Assembly: GCA_024277655.1 (NCBI GenBank)
Contig: JAJRUT010000063.1
Coordinates: forward strand, 16,939 to 80,938
From: Deltaproteobacteria bacterium
GTDB taxonomy: Bacteria; Desulfobacterota; Desulfobulbia; Desulfobulbales; SURF-16
Length of the DNA stretch: 64,000 nucleotides
Direction of reading: 5' to 3'
Every line of letters starts with the position of its first letter. Positions within the stretch are counted from its first letter, which is position 1. Shown piece after piece: positions 19,816 through 28,017 of the stretch. The position numbers were made by a program, and so were the translations under genes. A model generated the notes under the pieces. That model was given only the letters and a program-made list of their open reading frames with translations. It was not told the DNA's origin and made no database searches.

Positions 19816-20232
19816 GTGAAGATGATGATTCCCAAAGTCTTTTGCATAACAGCATTTCTTGTGCTGTCTTTGGCTACGTTTGCTTGCGCTGACTATATCC
19901 AAGGCCATGTGGTTTTAGTTGATCGCCAGCAGGGGGTGGTGGATATTGTTTTATGTGAGACCTGTCCGGAGGGGAAAACATGCGTTGTTGATTTATCAGA
20001 GCATATGAAGACCCATGGTTCCGAGCCCGTAATTATCAGGGTTGTTGTCGCTTGGATTCCCCGCTGTTTGCGGGTTGGTACTATGGCTTTTGCCCGCGGT
20101 GTGTATTCGGCAGACGATAGGAGTCGTTTTGAGGCCGTTGAAATTTTTCCCCGTAAGCGCATGGGTGGTAGGGATGACACCGGAGTTCGTTCCCGTTTTC
20201 GTAATCATCGGGGACAGCAAGGGGCACCATGA
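19816..20232 (+). CDS. secreted hypothetical protein
   Basis: 138 aa, GTG start, signal-like leader MKMMIPKVFCITAFLVLSLATFACA. The stop overlaps the histidine kinase start (ATGA). Confidence 0.5.
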   Translation: MKMMIPKVFCITAFLVLSLATFACADYIQGHVVLVDRQQGVVDIVLCETCPEGKTCVVDLSEHMKTHGSEPVIIRVVVAWIPRCLRVGTMAFARGVYSADDRSRFEAVEIFPRKRMGGRDDTGVRSRFRNHRGQQGAP

Positions 20233-21731
20233 ACAATAAGTCTTCGCTGAAAAAGGTTTGGTCATGGAAGGTGAATCTTTTGATGATTACCTGGCTTGCC
20301 GGGGGGGTGTTGGTCTACTCCCTCATTCAGGTCTATCAGCTGCGCTACACCCTGAATCAACATCTGCTTGAAAATCGTGATATGGTTATTCGCACCGTGA
20401 ATCGTCAGATTCAGCAGGGTATGGCGGCTGAAGAGGCCCTGAATGAGACCATTGCCCTGTTTCTTGCCAATACCGCTCGTTTTATCCATACACTCAATCA
20501 GGTGGAGCCGTTTTCGGTGTCAGAGCTTGCCAGTTACGCCGATGAAAATGGTTTGACAGGGGTTCTTATCCTTGACCCTGCCGGTGGACAGATTCAGGGG
20601 CCGCCTCAGTGGTATGCCGATCCAATCCAAACCGTTGCCACCAGCCGTCTCTGGAAAAATCCCCAGGCGGGGGAGGTCGTTTTCTTTTGGCCGGCTCCAA
20701 AAGGGGGCATGGTTGTACTCGGTTTTCCCGATCGTCAGTTTACCAAGCTGCATCGGCAGTTTGACTTGGTTGAAATTTTAAATCACCTCTCCTCATCTCC
20801 TGAAATCAACTTCATCGAAATTAGAAAGCCTATGACTAGGTATACTGCAGAGGGGAGAGGTGTGATCATTGAGACAATCCCTGTGAATGGTCACGAGGTG
20901 GTTGTTGGTTTTGATACCAGTCGGTATGAAGAGCGGGTTGCCAAGGTATGGCATGATTTTTTTCTCTACGGGTTACTGCTCGGTGGTTTTGGGCTTTTCC
21001 TCTCCTATCTTCTTTATAAATATCAAAAACATTATTTTGTAAAAATCCAGAATTTTGAGCGGGTCCTAGCGCGGGAGCAGGAGGATGCAGCCCTTGGCCG
21101 AGCTGCCGCCACCATCGCCCATGAGGTTCGTAATCCGCTCAATGCCATTGGTTTGGGATTGCAACGTATAAGTTTTGAGGCGGATCTGGATGGGGAGCAA
21201 GAGAACCTTGTCTCGGCAATGGGTGAGGCGTTGCGCCGAACCAATACCATTGTTGAGGGGTTGCTCAACTATTCCCGTCCCTTGGAGGTAACGAGTAAGT
21301 GGTGTGATTTGGACAAGGTCTTGACCCAGGCGGTGCTTCTGCGTGAGCCCCAATGCCGTTCTTGTAAGATTGATCTGCGTTTTAGTCCTGGCTGCACAGC
21401 TCAGGTGCTGCTGGATAAGGATCTGTTTTGTCAGGTAATTGACAATCTGCTTAAAAATAGTATTGAGGCACAATCCTCAGGGGGCTGGATTACAGTTACC
21501 AGTCGCGTGGTGGATAGCTGGGTGCGGATCCGGGTGCAAAACCCCGGCTTTGACAAGGGTAGTGAAATTGCCCAACTTGCGGAGCCCTATTTTACGGGGA
21601 AAACAAGGGGTAGTGGTCTGGGGCTTGCTATCTGTGCTAAAATTATTCAGGCCCATGGGGGGAAACTTCTCTTCAAGGAGCCGGAGGCTGGGGTGTTGCA
21701 GGTTGATGTGATGCTACCGCAATTTGGTTAA
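20229..21731 (+). CDS. sensor histidine kinase (two TM segments, periplasmic sensor domain, HisKA + HATPase_c)
   Basis: H-box AATIAHEVRNPLNAI, N-box LLKNSIEA, G-boxes GSGLGLAICAKIIQAHGG. TM segments lie near residues 16-37 and 242-262. Confidence 0.88.
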   Translation: MNNKSSLKKVWSWKVNLLMITWLAGGVLVYSLIQVYQLRYTLNQHLLENRDMVIRTVNRQIQQGMAAEEALNETIALFLANTARFIHTLNQVEPFSVSELASYADENGLTGVLILDPAGGQIQGPPQWYADPIQTVATSRLWKNPQAGEVVFFWPAPKGGMVVLGFPDRQFTKLHRQFDLVEILNHLSSSPEINFIEIRKPMTRYTAEGRGVIIETIPVNGHEVVVGFDTSRYEERVAKVWHDFFLYGLLLGGFGLFLSYLLYKYQKHYFVKIQNFERVLAREQEDAALGRAAATIAHEVRNPLNAIGLGLQRISFEADLDGEQENLVSAMGEALRRTNTIVEGLLNYSRPLEVTSKWCDLDKVLTQAVLLREPQCRSCKIDLRFSPGCTAQVLLDKDLFCQVIDNLLKNSIEAQSSGGWITVTSRVVDSWVRIRVQNPGFDKGSEIAQLAEPYFTGKTRGSGLGLAICAKIIQAHGGKLLFKEPEAGVLQVDVMLPQFG

Positions 21732-22510
21732 TCTGTGCAAGGTAAGCAGTAACGCGTGATACAGGTTGCGATTCGTTCCCGTTGAATTGGTTTACGGATA
21801 ACCTCGAGAACACTGTTGTGTTGAACAATGGACAGTAGCTCGGCTAGGGACTGAACAGCGGTTTGGACAACAATATTTGCCGGGCCTGTAAGGTTACCAA
21901 GGGCGCGGTTTTTCTCAACGATGGCAATAAAATGATTACCATCAACTTCTGGCATCATGATATCCAGCAGTACAAGGTCGAATGGTTCGGTGAGGTAGTG
22001 ATAGATTGCCTCCGTAGCTGAGTCTATAGCGGTAATTTCGATATCTGGATGAAAGGACTTGATGAATTCAACCAGCAGGGTACGGTTGACCAGTTCGTCG
22101 TCAACCACCAGGATACGGACATCCTTAGCCTGCTTTTTTTTGGGGCGCTTACTATTTTTCTTGTCAGTGAAGGGGGTGAAACGCGCTATAATATTGTGGC
22201 TTTCCTGATTGGCAAAATCATTGTTGTTAAGTTCACCGATCTGATCAATCAGCATGATGGTGATGTTGATCAACTCTGCCGGTGTTTCTTGGTGTGTCTT
22301 GGCGGCAAAGCTATCTGCAGCAAGGGAGAGGACAAGACTTGCATTGTCAAGATTAAACAACTCGGCCACGCCTTGTAGGGTGCGGAGGGTGCCAACGGTT
22401 GCTGTTCTCAAAGCGGTATCTGCGGGGGATTGCTCCAAGGCTAGAAGGGTTTGCTCGGCCTCGGTGAGAAAAACATCGGCTTCGTCCTGGAATTCAATGG
22501 ATGATGACAT
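21728..22510 (-). CDS. response regulator with N-terminal Hpt-like domain
   Basis: C-terminal receiver: ILVVDDELVNRTLL ... DLVLLDIMMPEVDG ... IRKP. The N-terminal roughly 100 aa is a helical Hpt-like region (FLTEAEQTLLALEQ ... LRTLQGVAELFNL) that lacks the expected His. Confidence 0.7.
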   Translation of the reverse strand: MSSSIEFQDEADVFLTEAEQTLLALEQSPADTALRTATVGTLRTLQGVAELFNLDNASLVLSLAADSFAAKTHQETPAELINITIMLIDQIGELNNNDFANQESHNIIARFTPFTDKKNSKRPKKKQAKDVRILVVDDELVNRTLLVEFIKSFHPDIEITAIDSATEAIYHYLTEPFDLVLLDIMMPEVDGNHFIAIVEKNRALGNLTGPANIVVQTAVQSLAELLSIVQHNSVLEVIRKPIQRERIATCITRYCLPCTD

Positions 22511-22664
22511 TTAAAAGTCCTTTGGGGCAGTTGTTGAGAACCTAAAGTATTAGTTTCGTAACAAGTATATCTTATTTATTGTAAGGATTTCAAACTGAAA
22601 GTGGTGTCTGGTTGTGTTTTGGCTAGAGTGTTTTTTTTATCGTGTCTTATCGGGGGGATAGCCC

Positions 22665-24008
22665 ATGAAAATATTGATTGTTGATGACGAGGAGATGCAG
22701 CGGGATATGCTCCAGGGCTTTTTGTTAAAGCAGGGGTATGGGGTAGAGACTGCCTCCGGTGGCGATGAGGCCATGGTTCTTTTTGACCAGAATGGTTTTG
22801 ATCTCGTCTTGCTCGATCATCGTATGGACGGCATGAATGGCGATGAACTCCTGGCGCATTTAAAGAAAAAAAATCCTCTGGTTCGGGCCATTATGATTAC
22901 GGCTTACGCCAGTGTTGATACGGCGGTACGGGTGATGCGTCTTGGGGCCGATGATTTTCTGGAAAAGCCTGTTGATCTTGCTAATTTACTGGCAAAGATT
23001 GAGGCGATTAACCAAGAGCTTGCCATTGATGAGGAGGCCAGTGAGGTCGTAGATGTTCTAACTGAGCAGGAGTTGCCACTCCAGGTGATTGGTGAGTCGA
23101 AGGGGATGAAGGAGTTGTTGTCACTCGTCCACCGCATGTCCCAGACCCCCTGGACGGTACTGGTGCGGGGTGAGACCGGGACGGGTAAGGAATTGATCGG
23201 TCGTTTACTGCACCTCCTCTCCCCCCGGAAAGATCAGCCCTTTGTTGAATTAAACTGTGCGTCAATTCCGGAGAATCTGTTTGAGTCGGAGTTGTTTGGT
23301 CACGAAAAGGGTTCCTTTACCGGTGCTGACTCTGCTCGTAAAGGTAGATTTGAACTGGCTGATGGTGGAACCCTGTTCCTTGATGAGGTTGGTGAATTAC
23401 CCCTGTCTCTTCAGGCCAAGTTGCTGCGGGCTTTGCAGGAAAAACAGATTAGTAGGGTGGGCTCCGAGCAAGCTATTTCCATTGATGTAAGGGTGGTCAC
23501 CGCCACCAATCGCGATCTGAAAAAAATGACTGAGGATGGGTTGTTTCGAGAAGATCTCTACTACCGCCTAAATGTGTTGGAGCTTGAGATTCCACCCCTG
23601 CGCTACCGAAAGGAGGACATCCCCCTTCTTATTGAATTTTTCCTTGTAAAATACAGCTTTCGCCCCACCGGCTTTAGCCGGGAGGCGGTTGATGCCCTGA
23701 TTAAATATCAATTTCCTGGTAATATTCGTGAGCTTGAGCATCTGGTTCAGCGGGTTATTACCCTGGCTAGGAGTTCAACCATCGGTATTGCCGACCTTCC
23801 CCTTGAAATAAGGATGGGGCAGGCCGCAAGTCATGGTGATCTAGGCTCCCGCCTGGATGATATGGAGAGGGAGATGATTGTGGAGGGTTTGAAACAGTAT
23901 GACTGGGTACAGACCAGGGCTGCGGAGTCTTTGGGCATCAGTGAACGGGTGCTGCGCTATAAAATGGCTAAACATGGTATTCGCAAAGGTGGCCTATCTG
24001 CAAAATAA
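22665..24008 (+). CDS. sigma-54-dependent response regulator (NtrC/ZraR-like: REC + AAA+ + Fis HTH)
   Basis: Receiver [16 protein letters not shown] ... [17 protein letters not shown]+ core with [31 protein letters not shown]-terminal [24 protein letters not shown]. Confidence 0.92.
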   Translation: MKILIVDDEEMQRDMLQGFLLKQGYGVETASGGDEAMVLFDQNGFDLVLLDHRMDGMNGDELLAHLKKKNPLVRAIMITAYASVDTAVRVMRLGADDFLEKPVDLANLLAKIEAINQELAIDEEASEVVDVLTEQELPLQVIGESKGMKELLSLVHRMSQTPWTVLVRGETGTGKELIGRLLHLLSPRKDQPFVELNCASIPENLFESELFGHEKGSFTGADSARKGRFELADGGTLFLDEVGELPLSLQAKLLRALQEKQISRVGSEQAISIDVRVVTATNRDLKKMTEDGLFREDLYYRLNVLELEIPPLRYRKEDIPLLIEFFLVKYSFRPTGFSREAVDALIKYQFPGNIRELEHLVQRVITLARSSTIGIADLPLEIRMGQAASHGDLGSRLDDMEREMIVEGLKQYDWVQTRAAESLGISERVLRYKMAKHGIRKGGLSAK

Positions 24009-24148
24009 TCGTGACCAATGGCGCCGAGTGGTTTACAAATCTAAAAAACTTGGGCGTTGTTTGCGTCTCGGCGGTGAGAAAATAGTTTGCCAATGTCGTT
24101 TGGGCAGCTATCACTGCCATCACTAAAAAAATATCAAAAGGAAACAAG

Positions 24149-24430
24149 ATGTCTGAAACAATAGAAGACTTGACCATTGACTGGGAAGAAGATGGGATCA
24201 TGACCTGTAAAGAGCTGGATAAGATTGTCCTGACCAAAGGTGCCTGGTCCACCATTATTTACCGCTACCAGCAATGGGATAAGAAGAAGGAAGAGTATGG
24301 CCCGGATCGCTACACGATCAGGCGTTACCAAAAATATCAGGGTGAGTACAAGCCTAAGAGTAAGTTTAATATTTCAAGTGCAGCCCAGGCCGAGAAGATT
24401 ATCGAGGCGTTGCAAGGCTGGCTGAAGTAG
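24149..24430 (+). CDS. hypothetical small protein
   Basis: 93 aa, charged and Lys/Tyr-rich, with the SD-like sequence AAAGGAAACAAG before the ATG. No motif recognised. Confidence 0.5.
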   Translation: MSETIEDLTIDWEEDGIMTCKELDKIVLTKGAWSTIIYRYQQWDKKKEEYGPDRYTIRRYQKYQGEYKPKSKFNISSAAQAEKIIEALQGWLK

Positions 24431-24435
24431 GGCTT

Positions 24436-24463
24436 GTGAGAAGTGAGAAGTGAGAAGTGAGAA
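24436..24463. repeat. GTGAGAA heptamer tandem array (4 copies)
   Basis: gtgagaa x4 read directly, immediately after the stop of the 93-aa ORF. The same heptamer occurs twice in tandem at 48282-48295. Confidence 0.9.
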
Positions 24464-24523
24464 TTCAGGAGTCGAGAAGAGGCCGCATTGTCTTTTTAAC
24501 TCCTGATTTTTTATAATAGGGGG

Positions 24524-24649
24524 CCACTTAGCGCAAGTGGCAGATTCCTATAAATTTAACGTTTTGGCCACAGAATCCACGGAAAACACAGAATATTTTT
24601 TCCGTGGATTCTGTGGCTAAAAGAAAAGCTGTAATGTTTGGCTAAATAA
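24524..24649. repeat. dispersed hairpin-rich intergenic element, copy A
   Basis: Starts with the palindrome ccacttagcgcaagtgg. Contains a 16-bp perfect hairpin gccacagaatccacgg/ccgtggattctgtggc (24567-24582 and 24602-24617). Ends in ggctaaataa. The reverse complement aligns end to end with 30330-30509. Confidence 0.85.
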
Positions 24650-24698
24650 TTCCGTTTTTTTGTAGTTTACTTGTGCTAGGTGTATATTCCCCCCCCCC

Positions 24699-26567
24699 TT
24701 ATAACTTGACCCTACCACTTCCTGTCCAGCCAGCCTTCCGTATCTCCCGGCTGAGTTGGGCGGTGATCTCCCATTTGTTAAGGGGGCTTATCAGATATAA
24801 CCCATCCACAAAGTTGGCGATGTCATCCATGAGTTTCCTGGTGTAATCCAGGGCGCATTTACGTTGGTCTTCGACCTTGTCATACTGCCAGAGCTTTTTA
24901 CGTAGCGATTCAGGGATGGAAATGCCCGGTACTTCATTATGGAGAAACTCGGCGTTGCGGGCTGAAATCAGCGGGAAGATTCCCGGCAGGATAAGTACGT
25001 CAAGATGGCTGACTGCCTCCATCATCTGTTCAACCTCTCGAGAGTCAAAGAGGGGCTGGGTCATGACAAATTTAAGACCAAGTTCCACCTTGCGTTCAAG
25101 TCTTCTTATTTGGACATCTGGGCGCGATGGCCTGAATGAAAATGCGCCACCAATGGAAAAATTGGTGGCCTCTTTCATCTCTTTGCCTGCCATGTTCTTG
25201 CCGTTGTTAAATAGGTCAATCATCCGCAGAAGACCAAAGGATTTCACATCAAAAACGCCACTGGTTCCTGGTTGATCAGATGAGGTTGCCGGATCGCCGG
25301 TGATGCCCAGAATACCGCCAATACCAAGGAGGTGCGCCCCCATTATTTGGGATTGCAGGCCGAGAATATTGCGGTCACGGCAGGTGAGGTGGATAATGGT
25401 CTGGGTGTCGAGTTCCTCGCTGATCAGATGAGCGAGGGAGAGGTTGTCGGCCCGCAGGATAGCCAGGGGGTTCTCGCCGAGGGAAATAGCGTCAGCGCCA
25501 CTTTCCTTGATGGCTCTTGCGCCCTCAAGGACGCCGGTGACATCGAGATGGGTGGGCGGGTCAAGTTCAACCACAATGGGCATTCTGCCCGGCGATAACG
25601 ACTTCAGAAACTGGCCTGTTTTAGAGTTTGAAACAATCTTTTCCGTGCCCTTGCTGTCGCCCTGAACATCCGCTGAGCGTTGCAGGGGGCGGCGTTTGAT
25701 TTTTAGCTGTTGCCTGAATTCGTTTATATGGGTTGGTGTGGTGCCGCAGCAGCCGCCGACCAGACGTGCGCCAAACTTAATCATTTCTGCCAGAACCTTG
25801 ACCATATAGGCCGGTTCGGCGGGATAGACCATACGGTGGCCAACAATTTCAGGGAAACCGGCGTTGGGGAAGGCGGAGAGTGGTGCCTTGTCTCGCAGGG
25901 GCGAGAGGTGTTCCATGGCGGTTAGGAGTGATGAGACACCACGCCCGCAGTTGCCCCCGATTACATTGGCACCAGCGTCCAGAGCGGCCGTGCCACAGGT
26001 CAGGGCATCGATACCGGAACTGGTCTTGCCGCGGGATGGATAGGCCATTTGGGCAATTATGGGGATATCGGAGAGGGCGCGGGCGGTGCGGATGGCGGTG
26101 ATTAGTTCATCAAGATGGGTGAAGGTCTCAAACAGGAGTACGTCCACCTCGCTTTCCAGAAGAATGGTAATCTGTTCCTTGAAAATATCAGCCAGCGACT
26201 CTAGGTTACGCTCTTCATCGGTGAAAATCTCAAGCCCGGTGGGGCCGATGGAGCCTGCCACATACACGTCTTGCCCAGCGGCTCTTTTGGCAAGAGTCAC
26301 CCCGGTCTGATTAATCTCCTTAAGCTTGCCCTCAAGCCCTGCGGACTCAAGTCTTGCCCGGTTGGCCCCGAAGGTGTTGGTTTCGATCAGTTGGCTACCT
26401 GCCCTGATATACTCCTCATGGATGGAGTAGATTAGGTCAGGTTCGCTGATATTCAAACGTTCAATATCCTTACCAAGTTCAATGCCTTTGCCGTAGAGAT
26501 AGGTGCCGATGGCACCATCGCCAAGGAGGATTTTGTTTTGCAGGTAGTCAATAAAGTCAGGTTTCAT
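24699..26567 (-). CDS. bifunctional homocysteine S-methyltransferase / methylenetetrahydrofolate reductase fusion protein
   Basis: N-terminal Hcy-binding domain (LLGDGAIGTYLY ... GGNCG ... GGCCGTTP). C-terminal MTHFR domain (HLTCRDRN ... ITGDP ... MTQPLFD). Confidence 0.85.
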   Translation of the reverse strand: MKPDFIDYLQNKILLGDGAIGTYLYGKGIELGKDIERLNISEPDLIYSIHEEYIRAGSQLIETNTFGANRARLESAGLEGKLKEINQTGVTLAKRAAGQDVYVAGSIGPTGLEIFTDEERNLESLADIFKEQITILLESEVDVLLFETFTHLDELITAIRTARALSDIPIIAQMAYPSRGKTSSGIDALTCGTAALDAGANVIGGNCGRGVSSLLTAMEHLSPLRDKAPLSAFPNAGFPEIVGHRMVYPAEPAYMVKVLAEMIKFGARLVGGCCGTTPTHINEFRQQLKIKRRPLQRSADVQGDSKGTEKIVSNSKTGQFLKSLSPGRMPIVVELDPPTHLDVTGVLEGARAIKESGADAISLGENPLAILRADNLSLAHLISEELDTQTIIHLTCRDRNILGLQSQIMGAHLLGIGGILGITGDPATSSDQPGTSGVFDVKSFGLLRMIDLFNNGKNMAGKEMKEATNFSIGGAFSFRPSRPDVQIRRLERKVELGLKFVMTQPLFDSREVEQMMEAVSHLDVLILPGIFPLISARNAEFLHNEVPGISIPESLRKKLWQYDKVEDQRKCALDYTRKLMDDIANFVDGLYLISPLNKWEITAQLSREIRKAGWTGSGRVKL

Positions 26568-26630
26568 AGTTTTTTTTTGTGCGTGGGTTGCGGGCGGATG
26601 CGATGGGTCAACATACCATAGATGGCATGT

Positions 26631-27899
26631 TTAATCACGGTTGGGTGTTGTGATTCTGATTCCGGTTCCTGGACGGTATTGGCCGTCTCTATCTTTGCGC
26701 CCGTTGATTGAAATGCCGGTGGCTTTTCGTGGTTGTTGGTAAGGCTCTGTCTTTTGCCTATTGCGGCGGATTTTTTGGGATTCAGGCGTAATAATTTTAA
26801 CGGCAGTTTCGGGTATAGCAGGCGCTTTCTTATTCTTGACGGTTTTTGAGATGATTGGTTTGGGCGGGGTGGTAACCTCTGTTGTCAGAGGGGTTGGTTC
26901 ATCCCGCATGCCGAAAAAGAGGGTGGCAATGATGATGAGTAGAATTGCGCCACCAATATAGAGGGCGGGGGATGGGCGTATGGTCTGGTTCTGGGGGCGG
27001 CGGTTTTGGCTCAAAATGGTTTTGTTGGTGGCCTTGTCCGTGATTTGCCGCGGCATGGTGGTGTGGGGCGGGATCTTCTCGAAGGCAAGCAATAACGCTT
27101 TTTTTAACTCGGAGGCTGAGCCAAAGCGCTTATTTGGTCGTTTTGATAATGAGGTGCGGAGCAAGGTGTCGAGCTTTTGGGGGAGCTGGTCATTGATGTT
27201 GGAGGGGTGGGGCGGATGTATGTTCACCACCTGATGCATGATGAGGGACATGGTCTCGCCGGTGAACGGTTTCAGGCCGGTCAAGAGTTGGTACAGGATT
27301 ACGGCGGCCGAAAACAGATCGGTGCGATGATCGACCTTTTCTCCGGTGAACAGTTCCGGCGCCATATAGGCGGGAGTGCCCATGATGGTGCCGATCTGGG
27401 TGAGGTTTGATGACTCCATCCTGGCGATGCCAAAATCCATAATCTTGATCTGCCCGTCACTTGTGAACACCAGATTGGCTGGTTTGATATCCCGGTGGGT
27501 TACGTTATGGGTGTGGGCGTAATCAAGCCCTGCGAGCAGTTGCACCATGAAGTCTTGCACCTGACCGATAGTGAGTTGGTCGTGGAGCATGATCTCCTGC
27601 AGGGTGCGGCCTGAGACATACTCCATGGAGATGAAGGCGGTATCCTCATCTTCGCCATACTCATAGACCATGACGATATTGGCGTGGCTCAGCTTTCCCG
27701 CTGCCTGTGCCTCGCGTTTGAAGCGGGCCATGGCCTCCTGCTGTTCATTGTCGTCAAAGCTTGTTTTACTAATGACCTTGATGGCCACCGTCCGGTTGAT
27801 GATTGGATCGTGTCCCTCATACACCATACCCATGGCCCCCCGACCAAGGGGTTTTGTAATGGTGTATTTGCCAATTTTTTCAGGATGAGATGGCGACAT
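26631..27899 (-). CDS. Hanks-type serine/threonine protein kinase with one TM segment and a basic, proline-rich extracytoplasmic tail
   Basis: GRGAMGMVY ... VAIK ... HRDIKPANL ... DFGIA ... GTPAYMAPE. TM segment YIGGAILLIIIATLFFG. Confidence 0.9.
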   Translation of the reverse strand: MSPSHPEKIGKYTITKPLGRGAMGMVYEGHDPIINRTVAIKVISKTSFDDNEQQEAMARFKREAQAAGKLSHANIVMVYEYGEDEDTAFISMEYVSGRTLQEIMLHDQLTIGQVQDFMVQLLAGLDYAHTHNVTHRDIKPANLVFTSDGQIKIMDFGIARMESSNLTQIGTIMGTPAYMAPELFTGEKVDHRTDLFSAAVILYQLLTGLKPFTGETMSLIMHQVVNIHPPHPSNINDQLPQKLDTLLRTSLSKRPNKRFGSASELKKALLLAFEKIPPHTTMPRQITDKATNKTILSQNRRPQNQTIRPSPALYIGGAILLIIIATLFFGMRDEPTPLTTEVTTPPKPIISKTVKNKKAPAIPETAVKIITPESQKIRRNRQKTEPYQQPRKATGISINGRKDRDGQYRPGTGIRITTPNRD

Positions 27900-28017
27900 A
27901 GTTGGGTCTGGGAGTTTTGTTTTACATTCAGGTGCTTTGGCTCAGTGTAGCATAAAAAAGGACTAAATTTACGGTTTATCTAAAATGCCAGGGCTGACAT
28001 CCCCTGTCCATGTGGTG

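Noticed and set aside
24050-24148. Possible sigma-54 promoter (cttGGgcgttgtttGCg) upstream of the 93-aa ORF that follows the NtrC-type regulator.
   Set aside because: The GG-to-GC spacing is one nucleotide short of the strict -24/-12 spacing, so I do not call it.
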